Assembly (NCBI GenBank): GCA_964645975.1
Contig: CAZYAF010000011.1
Coordinates: 11,057 to 75,056, forward strand
Direction of reading: 5' to 3'
Length of the DNA stretch: 64,000 bases
Source of the DNA: an uncultured Acidobacteriota bacterium
GTDB taxonomy: Bacteria; Acidobacteriota; B3-B38; Guanabaribacteriales; CAZYAF01
This document shows positions 27,751 through 37,287 of the stretch, one piece after another. Both the position numbers and the translations under genes were made by a program. The stretch's first letter is position 1. Every line of letters begins with the position of its first letter. The notes below the pieces were generated by a model. The model searched no databases, was not told where the DNA came from, and saw nothing but the letters and a program-made list of their open reading frames with translations.

Positions 27751-28122
27751 TTAAAATTTGTTGCTGCTGATTTTGATGAATTCGCCGTTCTGGCAGATAA
27801 TGTCATCCTTGGTATTAATGAGTCCGTCCGGCCCCTTGGAGATTAGTTGATAGCCCTGATTTCCCCGAAGTTTGTATATTATTTTATTATCCCAGGCATC
27901 CTTAAGCTCTGTTGAAGGAATGTAATCCGGCTCCAGTGTTTTGATGTTCTCCGGATAGCTGCCCTTCTCCACATTATAAACCTCAAGAGCGGCCAGGAGC
28001 TTAGTCATGGCAGTCTTCGTTTGGCTAATCTCCGCCAGTTTCCGAACCTCTTCTTTATCTGGAAAGCATGACAGAAACACCGCCAGAATTAGCATCAGCA
28101 GTATGGTTGCTAACCTTCTCAT
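27751..28122 (-). CDS. Lipoprotein carrying a GspG/pseudopilin C-terminal domain
   Basis: Lipobox FLSC; ALEVYNVEKGSYP, KDAWDNKIIY, LISKGPDG, DDI. Confidence 0.7.
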   Translation of the reverse strand: MRRLATILLMLILAVFLSCFPDKEEVRKLAEISQTKTAMTKLLAALEVYNVEKGSYPENIKTLEPDYIPSTELKDAWDNKIIYKLRGNQGYQLISKGPDGLINTKDDIICQNGEFIKISSNKF

Positions 28123-28147
28123 TTTTTTTGTTTAACAGGTTGAGCAG

Positions 28148-28636
28148 CTATTTTTCAAAGACTGTCGGGTCGGCAACTCTCAGTGATTTTGTATCAATTT
28201 GAATAAAGCCTTTATCCCCCGGTTTAGCTGCGTAGCTTATGGTTATCTTGCCGAATTTTTCTGTATCAAATGTCTTTCTCCAGATTTTAGCTCCATAATC
28301 ATATTCTGTCGCTTTAAATCCCTGACCTCCCTCCTCAGTCAGCCCTAATTCTTTAAAATGCACTGCTGGACGTATAGTGATGACGATACTCCTCAGCCAT
28401 TTCTTTTTATGAAAAAAGATTGAAAAACTGGAGCCATCTTCGAGTTTGTAATAATATAAGAGATCTTGCTTTTGGTCAGTTGTACGCTTGGGTTCTCCCA
28501 GGATTTTGACCACTTCTTCCGGGCTCATTCCGGCATCGACACCTTTGTAATGCATAGGGCTTTTCTCTTTTTCCTGAGCAAGAGCAAAGCCCATAAAAAA
28601 TAGTGCCACTATCAATAATATAAATAGTTTTTTCAT
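28148..28636 (-). CDS. Exported hypothetical protein (SmpA/BLIP-like GMS-EEV--LG-P motif)
   Basis: MKKLFILLIVALFFMGFALA signal; GMSPEEVVKILGEP. Confidence 0.65.
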   Translation of the reverse strand: MKKLFILLIVALFFMGFALAQEKEKSPMHYKGVDAGMSPEEVVKILGEPKRTTDQKQDLLYYYKLEDGSSFSIFFHKKKWLRSIVITIRPAVHFKELGLTEEGGQGFKATEYDYGAKIWRKTFDTEKFGKITISYAAKPGDKGFIQIDTKSLRVADPTVFEK

Positions 28637-28797
28637 GGCTTTTTCCTCCCGTGATAGTTGGTTTAAGCACAAGGGTGGTAAATATAAAATTCCTCAGATG
28701 GATTACTTAGTGTTGCCCATAAATTTTGCATTTATTTTACGATAAATGAGTCCGAAAATGGAGCCCCATTTTTGCTAAGTACAAATTTGCAATTTTC

Positions 28798-30561
28798 CTA
28801 TGGCGTATTGACACGATAGAAATCGACTCCGGAGAAATTAGCGCGCTGTGCTTTGCCGTTGATTATGGTGTCGAAGCGAAGTCTCTCGGCTGTTTCCTCC
28901 TTACCTATTTTAAAAAGTCCCTGCTTAATCTCAGTGAGAATCTCCTCTCCTTCCTGGCTTTCCGTAGCATCGGAGGTTGCCAGTATCAACTGACCTTTGC
29001 GCAGGAGGACACGAAAATTATTGAACCAGGGATTTTGTGTACGATAGTGACCGGTATAAGCCTCCCATTTCTTCGGGTATTTGAATTTAACCGGTCCCGA
29101 GTAGTTGCTATTGATATACCAGTAGTTCCCATAGGTGAGCTCTACTACTTTATTATCTTTATCACGACCAAATCTTACCAGGAAGAGGTTAAACTCAGGG
29201 TGATTAAGAAAAAATTCATCTTTGCCTCGTTGTTCCAGTATAGTCTTTTTGGTGTCCTTGAAGAGGATTAGGTGCTCCCCTTCAACCACTAATGTTATTT
29301 GCTTGCCATCGTGAGCAGTATAGGTTGTGGTATATTCAGAGGCATTTTTTATTTTTGTTCGGTCCTTGGGTTTTGGAATCTTCGGCATATCTTTGTTATG
29401 CAGGGCGGCCTGCAGGGCTTTAAGGGCAAACCAGGCTACCTGTGATGGATTACCTGGGCCATTAACGAAAGTGGCGACACCAAGCCCGTCATCAAGGTCT
29501 GCTAAAATATATGTTCTATAGCCTACCATGCCACCGCCGTGGCCCAGATAGGTATGACCATCTATCCTGGCAACATCAATACCATATCCATAGTAAAATT
29601 TACCCCTTTCCAAAACATAAGGGGTGGAGAAAGTCTCAAAGCTTTTTTCCGAAAGTACGCGTTTTTTCGCGCCTTTGCCTCGATTCAGGAGCATACGTAC
29701 GTATGCTGCCATGTCCTTCGGAGTAGATGCAATGCAGCCATCTCCCACATCATATTCCACCCAGGTGGCCTCAACCAGAGGATGGGAAAAATGATGGGGG
29801 CGATCGTCATAAAAGTATTGGTAGCCAACAGCTAATCGTTTGCGTGTATCATGGGTAATAGCGGCCACGCTGGAATTCATCTCTAAGGGCTCAAAGATGC
29901 CTTTCAGGATCACATCAGCATAACGCCCACCGCTCACCGCTTCCAGGATAAAGTGTAGGGTCTGGTATCCTATGTTCGAGTAATAAAATTTTTTCCCTGG
30001 AGGATAGGCGGTTGATTGGTAACGCAGAGCCCAGGATTGATACAATGAAGGAAGAATGTCATCACGGTTAACCGGAATTCCTGCCGAATGGGTGAGTAAA
30101 TGATGACAGGTGATGGGCTCATATTTAGTTTTGACCTGGAACCAGGGGAGGTAGGTTGTTACAGGCTTGTTAGGTGCAAATTCCCCTTTTTCCTGCATCT
30201 GCAGCAGCGCAATGGCTGTGAAAGATTTGCTTATAGAACCGATCTCGAAGAGTGTTGCCGGAGTAACCGGGTCTTTGGTTTTAATGTCGGCATAACCATA
30301 TGTAGCTTCATGGAGCAATCCTACCCGGCTTGTTAGTGCTATAGCAAAGCCAGGTGCCTTGGTTTCTTTCAAATGCTGTTTAATGTACTGGTCAATAATT
30401 TCATAAGCGCGCTTATATTGCAGAGCTTTATCTTGCGCTTTGACCTTCATTCCACAAGAGTAAAAGGCGAGGATGATAATCAAGATACACAAGAGATATT
30501 TTTTTATACTATTTATTGCTTTGAGATTATTCACTAATTTTTGCTTATTTTTATTCATCAT
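28798..30561 (-). CDS. Serine hydrolase, beta-lactamase/class C (AmpC-like) family, with C-terminal extensions
   Basis: GSISK (SxxK), FYYSN, LLTHSAG, HGGG. Confidence 0.85.
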   Translation of the reverse strand: MMNKNKQKLVNNLKAINSIKKYLLCILIIILAFYSCGMKVKAQDKALQYKRAYEIIDQYIKQHLKETKAPGFAIALTSRVGLLHEATYGYADIKTKDPVTPATLFEIGSISKSFTAIALLQMQEKGEFAPNKPVTTYLPWFQVKTKYEPITCHHLLTHSAGIPVNRDDILPSLYQSWALRYQSTAYPPGKKFYYSNIGYQTLHFILEAVSGGRYADVILKGIFEPLEMNSSVAAITHDTRKRLAVGYQYFYDDRPHHFSHPLVEATWVEYDVGDGCIASTPKDMAAYVRMLLNRGKGAKKRVLSEKSFETFSTPYVLERGKFYYGYGIDVARIDGHTYLGHGGGMVGYRTYILADLDDGLGVATFVNGPGNPSQVAWFALKALQAALHNKDMPKIPKPKDRTKIKNASEYTTTYTAHDGKQITLVVEGEHLILFKDTKKTILEQRGKDEFFLNHPEFNLFLVRFGRDKDNKVVELTYGNYWYINSNYSGPVKFKYPKKWEAYTGHYRTQNPWFNNFRVLLRKGQLILATSDATESQEGEEILTEIKQGLFKIGKEETAERLRFDTIINGKAQRANFSGVDFYRVNTP

Positions 30562-30619
30562 CTTTTCCTCGCTTATTTTTGTTATGAGTTAATAAAATAC
30601 TCTTAAAGAGCGACAGATA

Positions 30620-31519
30620 TTATTTTAAAGATTTTTTCTGTTGAATCTGCCCAAGGATTTCGAAGATGATGCTCACACCGGCAAAGGAGGTTATGTCAGA
30701 GAAATCCACAGGTGGGGATATCTCTACCAGATCGGCGGATGCGATGGGAAGATTTTTAAAGAGGAGCTTTAATAAGTCGAGCAAAAATCTGGTACTCACG
30801 CCTCCGCCTTTGGGAATGCCGGTGCCTGGTGCAAAAGCAGGGTCTAACATGTCGATATCAAGAGAGAGATAAACCCGGCTCACATCGGTCAATCTTTCTG
30901 TTGCCTGTCTGGCGGTTTCTTCCACTGGTTGATGGGCGCACTGGGCGGATGTAATTATTTTTATTTCCTTCTCGGCAATAAACTGCAGTTCACCAGGGCT
31001 ATAGCAGCGCATTCCAACACCCACAATTTTATCAGCTTTCAGATTAGGAAGCTCAAAGGCCCGTCGCATGGGACAGGCGTGGGAATAAGGGGAATTATCG
31101 TATATATCCCAGAGGTCGAGATGAGCATCTAACCAAATGAGGCCAAAGTCAGAAGAATCCTTTTCTGCGAAAGCCTGAATAAGGGGGATAGTAACGGAAT
31201 GGTCACCACCGAGAGAAAGGAGAAAGACGTCTTTGGGTAAACCTGCTACTTTTTTTCTTATGGTATCAAAAAAATCGGAGACTTCAAGGGATATATCCAC
31301 ATCGCCGATGTCCATAACACTCAGTTTGTTGAGCAAGATACCGTCTTCAGTGACAGCAGAGGATTTACGGGAAAGTTCTCGTAGTTTAGCTGGAGCAAAA
31401 GCAGCACCTTTGCGATAGCAGGCGGAACTATCATAGGGAATACCCATTATGATGACATCCGGTTGAGGAACATGCTCACCTTCTTCGTAAAGGTCGCCCC
31501 ACAGTTTTCTTTTAATCAT
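30620..31519 (-). CDS. speB: Ureohydrolase (agmatinase-like)
   Basis: GGDHSVT, DAHLD, SHAC, SLDIDMLDP, PGTGIP, LVEISP. Confidence 0.8.
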   Translation of the reverse strand: MIKRKLWGDLYEEGEHVPQPDVIIMGIPYDSSACYRKGAAFAPAKLRELSRKSSAVTEDGILLNKLSVMDIGDVDISLEVSDFFDTIRKKVAGLPKDVFLLSLGGDHSVTIPLIQAFAEKDSSDFGLIWLDAHLDLWDIYDNSPYSHACPMRRAFELPNLKADKIVGVGMRCYSPGELQFIAEKEIKIITSAQCAHQPVEETARQATERLTDVSRVYLSLDIDMLDPAFAPGTGIPKGGGVSTRFLLDLLKLLFKNLPIASADLVEISPPVDFSDITSFAGVSIIFEILGQIQQKKSLK

Positions 31520-32751
31520 CTTTTTTCATCCTCCTCATCGAACAGATTTAATTGACCGTTGCGGTTTAGTTTAGAGAGGTAAATGGAATAGCTCTTTTCT
31601 ATTCTGGCATATTCTTTGACTTTTTCAATTAATTCTGGACTCCAGTGCTCTTTTATTAAAACTTTATTAATTGCAGAAGTACTTAGCTGCGAGACCTCCA
31701 TCCATTTTCCTTCAGTCTGAAGGAGTTCTTCCAATTCCTGGCGCTGTGTTTGCTGACTTTTATCGGGGAACTTCAGCTTATCTTCTATTTTAATGCTCAG
31801 CTTGTTGTCTTTACCGACTAATACCTCAAGTTTCTCTTTGCGTGCATAAGCGATAATCGCATCCTTGAGTTTTTCCAGCTCTTTACCTATTCGGTTTATT
31901 TCATTTTTTAATCTGGCATATTTCTCTACTAACATTACACCGTCATCTTTTAGATATTCGTTCTCTTTAAGTGGTGTGATCTTTGCCAGGTGCTTTCTCT
32001 TTGGGCATAAATAGTCATATTCGCACCATTCGCAGAGAATGCTCTCCCGGGAGGGGAATTGACGACAGCTTTCAATTCGTTGTATGAGCTCGATGGTTTC
32101 CTCTTGAAGCTGTTGGAGTTCTTCGGAGGTACGTTTTGAACGAAGTTCTTTATTAAAGATAAGATAATGCCAGATGAGTTCTACATCATTGTTATCGACA
32201 TTCCATTCGCGTTCACCAGCAAGTTGGTAGAGGGCAAGTTGGCGGTCAGTATCAATTTTGCTCTGCGTTGGTAGTGTTCTTGATGTTTTGTAATCATGAA
32301 TTTCATAGGTACCATCAGGCCGTTGAGCCAGACGGTCGATTATTCCTCTGAATTTATAGCTGCGGTAGTCACCCAGATCAGTTGCTACAGTAGCTTCCAA
32401 CGCCAGTGTTTTTTCGCTATCAAAAGGGGTATAGTACTTGTAATAGTTTTTAATACATTTTTCTCCCATTTTTTTGTAGTTTTCTGGGGAGTATTCTTGT
32501 TTTACGATGCGGATATTGTGATGCCAGCGTTGTTGCCAGAGGTGGTGATAGTAATCGAGGAGCTCAGATAAATCGTTCAATCTGGAATAGAGCAGGTCAG
32601 CATAGAGTTTTTGCAAAACACAGTGGACTAAATTGCCCGTGAATGCTTCAATGTTCTCTGTTTCTGTGCGGATTCCATCGATGTATTGAAACTTATATTT
32701 TAAAGGGCACTGCTCAAATGTGGTGAGCCGGCTATGAGAATAAATAGTCAT
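31516..32751 (-). CDS. RecB/Cas4-like PD-(D/E)XK nuclease with probable Fe-S cluster and C-terminal helical extension
   Basis: SHSRL...QCP, GNLVH, GIIDRL, IHDYKTS, QLALY, CEWCEYDYLCP. Confidence 0.85.
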   Translation of the reverse strand: MTIYSHSRLTTFEQCPLKYKFQYIDGIRTETENIEAFTGNLVHCVLQKLYADLLYSRLNDLSELLDYYHHLWQQRWHHNIRIVKQEYSPENYKKMGEKCIKNYYKYYTPFDSEKTLALEATVATDLGDYRSYKFRGIIDRLAQRPDGTYEIHDYKTSRTLPTQSKIDTDRQLALYQLAGEREWNVDNNDVELIWHYLIFNKELRSKRTSEELQQLQEETIELIQRIESCRQFPSRESILCEWCEYDYLCPKRKHLAKITPLKENEYLKDDGVMLVEKYARLKNEINRIGKELEKLKDAIIAYARKEKLEVLVGKDNKLSIKIEDKLKFPDKSQQTQRQELEELLQTEGKWMEVSQLSTSAINKVLIKEHWSPELIEKVKEYARIEKSYSIYLSKLNRNGQLNLFDEEDEKR

Positions 32752-33263
32752 TATTCGGTTTTTTTTCTAAGCAGGGAGCCAAGGTTTTCTATAGCTTTTA
32801 GCTTTTGCTCTTCATTAAGAGACTTAACGATCTCTATTATCTTAATATCTTCTTTGGATAGTATGATTTTTTCTTCAACATATCCACATTTGGGGCATAC
32901 TGTTGCTAAAGCTTTTTGGTTTGAGTAATTTTCCCATACCATCTTGAACTGTTGTTGGTCTGCATTCACAAGTTCGACGAATTGCCCGCCAATCCTGTAG
33001 AGACTGTTAGGAATTATCTCCTTACTTCGTACTACTTTTAATACGCCGCGAACAGGTGCGCCAAAACTTGGGAGAAAGAATCTGACACCCAATTTCCTGC
33101 CTTCTTTATATGTGCTTTTAGATTCGAACAAGATTCCCTTTTGACTGATATTAATGATATTACATCTTTCCCGGTAAGGTTCGCCAACGTCAGGTTCTAT
33201 TTCGAGCCAGACAGGAATATTTAACTCATAGCGAAAAAATTCTCTATCTTTACTATTATCCAT
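32751..33263 (-). CDS. PilZ-domain protein (c-di-GMP receptor) with CPKC tail
   Basis: RxxxR (REFFR) and NxSxxG (NISQKG); C-terminal CPKCG followed by a helical segment. Confidence 0.75.
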   Translation of the reverse strand: MDNSKDREFFRYELNIPVWLEIEPDVGEPYRERCNIINISQKGILFESKSTYKEGRKLGVRFFLPSFGAPVRGVLKVVRSKEIIPNSLYRIGGQFVELVNADQQQFKMVWENYSNQKALATVCPKCGYVEEKIILSKEDIKIIEIVKSLNEEQKLKAIENLGSLLRKKTE

Positions 33264-33327
33264 TTTTTTCTAAATTCAAAATTTGTATATTCCTAAGCAA
33301 ACGCTTTATTATATAATTTATTTTAAT

Positions 33328-34848
33328 TTAATGAGTTTCAGTCGCTGAACCCTTGGAGGCTTTGATTGCCCTATCATGAGCCCAGCTTTTTATCTGCTTA
33401 ATTTGTTCAATCATAGTTGTGGAGAGTGGTACAATTTTGGCAATAGCTCTATAAAGGTCGTTATCATTGAGCTGCCTATTTTCATTGAAAGCGTCGACCA
33501 TAGCAGAAATTACACAGCTTTCAATCTCAGCTCCATTCCATTCTTTAGTCACCTTGGCTAACTGTTTCAGGTTAAAATTATTTACAGGGTTATTACGCTT
33601 TTCCAAATGCACTTTAAAGATTTGTGCTCGTTCACTTTCAGTGGGTAGATCTAAGAAGAAAATCTGGTCAAATCTTCCCTTACGTAAAACCTCAGCAGGC
33701 AAGAGGTCAATTCTGTTTGCGGTTGCAGCAACAAATACCAATGCCTCTTTTTCTTGCATCCATGTTAAAAAGGAAGCAAATATTCGTGAGGTCTCGTTGC
33801 CACTGCTATTGGTATATCCTGCTACACACATCTCGATTTCATCAATCCAGAAGATAGCAGGAGCAACTGATTCCATAGTCTTCAAGGCACGATTAAAAGC
33901 TTCCTCGGGTGAGCCAGTAGCGCGAGAGAATACGGCGTTCATATCCAGTCTAAATAGAGGTAAATCCCATAAAGCGGAGATAGCTTTTACTGATAGACTT
34001 TTTCCGCAGCCAGAGATACCCATCATAAGCAATCCTCTGGGGGGCGATATGCCAAATTTTTTAGCGTCTTCGCTAAAGGCTTTTTGTCGTTTTAAAAGCC
34101 ATTCCTTTAAGTTATCTAACCCGCCTACATCTTGTAAGTTTACACTCTGGGGAACAAATTCTATTAGACCCTCCTTTCTGGTTAGCAGTCGTTTTTCCTC
34201 ATAAAGCAAGGGCAGAAGGTTATTATCTATAATTTTTCTTCCGAATAATATTTTATTAAGTGCTTGCTGAGCTTCATCCAATGTTAATCCTTGTAAGGCC
34301 CTAATAAACTTATGGATCTTATCTGGTGTAATATTAATAGCTACATCGCCTTTTGCTTTATAACCATTGATAGCAGTATTAAATAGCTGTTGCAGCTCAC
34401 CATAACTTGGCAGAGCAAACTCGAAAAGTGTCACTTCCTTTTTAAGTTCATCAGGTATTATTAAAAGAGGTGATAGAAGAAAAATATATTTGTAGCTGTT
34501 TTTTAGATTGTAGTAACTATCGCGTAATTTACGCACTATTTTTGGATCTTTAAGAAAAGGATGAAAATCTTTTAAAAGAAACAGGGCATTCTCTTGAGCA
34601 CGGATGATATGGTCTAAAAGTTCTAAAGGATTCTGGGTATTGCTCAAAAGTTGACCATTCAAAGTTAGCCCTATAGTGGAGGTCCAGGAATAGAATTTAA
34701 ATTTCTGAGCGGCAAAACTTGAGGCCACAGTTTTAAGTGTTTGTTCTACTCTATCCTCTTCCCATGAAGTGATGTATATAATTGGATAACGGGCTATTAC
34801 GAATCTTTGGATTTCACCTACAGGATTTTTTCCAGATTCTTTATTCAA
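33328..34848 (-). CDS. AAA+ ATPase (Ycf46-like)
   Basis: Degenerate N-terminal AAA (LLKDFH), VGGLDNLK, Walker A GISGCGKS, Walker B WIDEIE, RKGRFD. Confidence 0.85.
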   Translation of the reverse strand: MNKESGKNPVGEIQRFVIARYPIIYITSWEEDRVEQTLKTVASSFAAQKFKFYSWTSTIGLTLNGQLLSNTQNPLELLDHIIRAQENALFLLKDFHPFLKDPKIVRKLRDSYYNLKNSYKYIFLLSPLLIIPDELKKEVTLFEFALPSYGELQQLFNTAINGYKAKGDVAINITPDKIHKFIRALQGLTLDEAQQALNKILFGRKIIDNNLLPLLYEEKRLLTRKEGLIEFVPQSVNLQDVGGLDNLKEWLLKRQKAFSEDAKKFGISPPRGLLMMGISGCGKSLSVKAISALWDLPLFRLDMNAVFSRATGSPEEAFNRALKTMESVAPAIFWIDEIEMCVAGYTNSSGNETSRIFASFLTWMQEKEALVFVAATANRIDLLPAEVLRKGRFDQIFFLDLPTESERAQIFKVHLEKRNNPVNNFNLKQLAKVTKEWNGAEIESCVISAMVDAFNENRQLNDNDLYRAIAKIVPLSTTMIEQIKQIKSWAHDRAIKASKGSATETH

Positions 34849-35130
34849 AATAAATTTCCTTATATGAAAACGATAAATTTATCATTGACTTTTTATATAA
34901 TTTTGATACTATAATTTCCATAGTAAATATATGTTAATCATTAATTTATAATTATAATGTACTAAATTTATCGGTTTATGTAAAGCTTTTTTTAAGGCTA
35001 CAAATCAGTTTAATTTTGTATGACCATTCAATCTAAAGCAGAATTTTATTTACTATAGAAGTTAGCTTTATTACAGATTTATGAGCTTATTTTTAGTATA
35101 TTTTTAGCAGAGAATTTTTTAAGAATTTTT

Positions 35131-35871
35131 ATGATGGATATAATAATGAAGGGTAAAAGCGATATTCCAGCGAATAATTCGATAGGATATGGTTATTTAT
35201 TCGATAGTTCCACAGAAAAGAACAAAGTACTAAAGGTATCGATTATTATATCTATCATTATCCATTTGCTGCTATTATGGGTAGTCTTCCCTGAGCCTAA
35301 GACTAAGGATCTCGAAGATGAGGTTTTCAGAAGTCGTATAGTTCATTTAAATTCCTATAAGATTTATAAACCTCCTAAACCGCCCAAAAAGGGCTCTCCA
35401 GTAGTAAAAAAGAGAGATAAAAATATTCTTCCCATTCCGGATCCAACTCCAGACGAACCAGAACCTGCTACCGAAGCGCTTCCGGATATTCCTCCTTGGG
35501 CGATTGAGTCTGATGACGTAGGGGATTATGAGTTTGGCTATCCTGATGCTCCTCCTGGAGGTACTGGTTGGGGTCCAGTTTATAAACCAGGTGGTGATGT
35601 TACACCACCGGTGGTGATAAAGGAAGTGTTACCCCATTATCCAGAAGATGCCAAAAAGGCAAACATTCAGGGTAAAGTATTTTTAGAGGCTATTGTAGAT
35701 ACTAAGGGCATTCCGCGGAGAATCAAAGTGCTTTATTCACCTGATGAGCGTTTTGGATTCGCCCAGGCAGCTATCGATGCACTGAAAAAGTGGCGATTCC
35801 GCCCGGGTACAAAAAACGGAAAGCCGGTAGCGGTTATCATTCAGTTAGAGGTAGATTTCCATCTTCTATAA
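35131..35871 (+). CDS. tonB: Energy transducer TonB family protein
   Basis: N-terminal TM SIIIHLLLL, Pro-rich linker, YPEDAKKANIQGKV, WRFRPG. Confidence 0.8.
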   Translation: MMDIIMKGKSDIPANNSIGYGYLFDSSTEKNKVLKVSIIISIIIHLLLLWVVFPEPKTKDLEDEVFRSRIVHLNSYKIYKPPKPPKKGSPVVKKRDKNILPIPDPTPDEPEPATEALPDIPPWAIESDDVGDYEFGYPDAPPGGTGWGPVYKPGGDVTPPVVIKEVLPHYPEDAKKANIQGKVFLEAIVDTKGIPRRIKVLYSPDERFGFAQAAIDALKKWRFRPGTKNGKPVAVIIQLEVDFHLL

Positions 35872-35983
35872 GAGGTTACTTTTCAATTCCACTCGCAATA
35901 TATCAACGTGATGCAAGCAGTTTTATAATAAGTATTTATTAGAAGAGCTTTATTAATTGCATATTTGTTATTAAGATCGCCAT

Positions 35984-36946
35984 TTAGCGTTCGTCTTCAG
36001 GCTCTTGTTTCAATTGCTTAAGAAATTCTTTTGCAATAGATGCATCCTGACCTTCTGGCGCAACTTCTAAATATTTTTCAAAATACTCTATAGCTTTCTC
36101 GATCCTGTTAAAATTCATATAGGCATAAGCTAACTTAATTATTGGTTTCTCCCAATCTGGCCTCAAAGATAGGGCTTTTTGGTAATGTTCTATAGCGTTT
36201 TCTACTTTTCCTGCACCAAAGTATATTTCGCCTATATCATAGTATGGTCCTGCATCCTCGGGATTTTTTTCTAATATTTTTTGAAAATATGGGAGAGCGT
36301 TCTCTAGATCTCCTTTTTTCACAAAAGCTTCAGCAATTCTTCTGTTGATGGACATTTCTTCAGGATCTTTTTCCAGGAATTTTTCATAATGTTCTATGGC
36401 TTTATCATAGTTTTCTTTTTTTAAATAGCATTCTCCAATATTATAATAAATTTGATAAGCATTTGGATTTTTTTCTAAAAAGCTCTGAAACTTAGCAATG
36501 GCCCCATCATAATTGCCTTGTTCATAGAGCTCTGTTCCAGTAGCGAGCATTTGTCTGCTTTCGCTGTCGGCAACGATTCCACCTTGTTCTGATGTTTTCA
36601 TTCTAATTTCCAATAATGGATTCTTAGACAATTGACTTATTTTTGCATCAACATAACCAGGTAGATAACCCTCTTTTTCTGCGGTGAATCTCCATAGACC
36701 ACTTGCCATTCCTAAGATGAACCATTCACCTTTCTTGTCTGTAGTAGCAGTAAAGGTTTTAGAATATTTTTGGTGAGTTGCAGTAATTTTTACTCCTGGG
36801 ACTATTTCCTCATTTTCGTTCAAAACTATGCCTTTAACCCTTCCTTTACCCATTCCTTCTTGACAGAAAGAAATGTTATATAAAAGTATAATAAAGGTGA
36901 AGGCAAAAAATGTTGAGATCCATTTGTTAATTATTCTATTATTCAT
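35984..36946 (-). CDS. Exported carboxypeptidase-regulatory-like plus TPR-repeat protein
   Basis: Signal peptide, GRVKGIVLNE...TDKKGEW, multiple TPR repeats. Confidence 0.8.
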   Translation of the reverse strand: MNNRIINKWISTFFAFTFIILLYNISFCQEGMGKGRVKGIVLNENEEIVPGVKITATHQKYSKTFTATTDKKGEWFILGMASGLWRFTAEKEGYLPGYVDAKISQLSKNPLLEIRMKTSEQGGIVADSESRQMLATGTELYEQGNYDGAIAKFQSFLEKNPNAYQIYYNIGECYLKKENYDKAIEHYEKFLEKDPEEMSINRRIAEAFVKKGDLENALPYFQKILEKNPEDAGPYYDIGEIYFGAGKVENAIEHYQKALSLRPDWEKPIIKLAYAYMNFNRIEKAIEYFEKYLEVAPEGQDASIAKEFLKQLKQEPEDER

Positions 36947-37287
36947 ATTGCCTCCTTTACTATTTATAATCTTTCTAAGTGATATTATAATCCTTTTCTC
37001 AACTGATGAGAAGATAAAGTTTTAAATGTATTAAATTATATTTTAGTTTTAGTGATTAAAATATTAGGTTTCAAAGATCAGACAAAAATTACTAATTGCT
37101 TAGATAATTGATGAAAAATAGACTATTTTTGTATATTTTTAGGAGAAAATCTTGTAACTATAGGATAAAAAGAGTATAATATTTTAATAGAATTTTATTT
37201 CAATTTTCGTAAAGTAACGTTTTTAAAGGTCTTAATACTATTGATTTTTAAAGTTAGATAAAGAGCAAAATAAATACAAATTTTTGA

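Noticed and set aside
22763-28700. Integron cassette array with attC sites
   Set aside because: No RYYYAAC...GTTRRRY bottom-strand hairpins found after the genes and no integrase in the window; the shared element lies upstream of genes and looks like a promoter.
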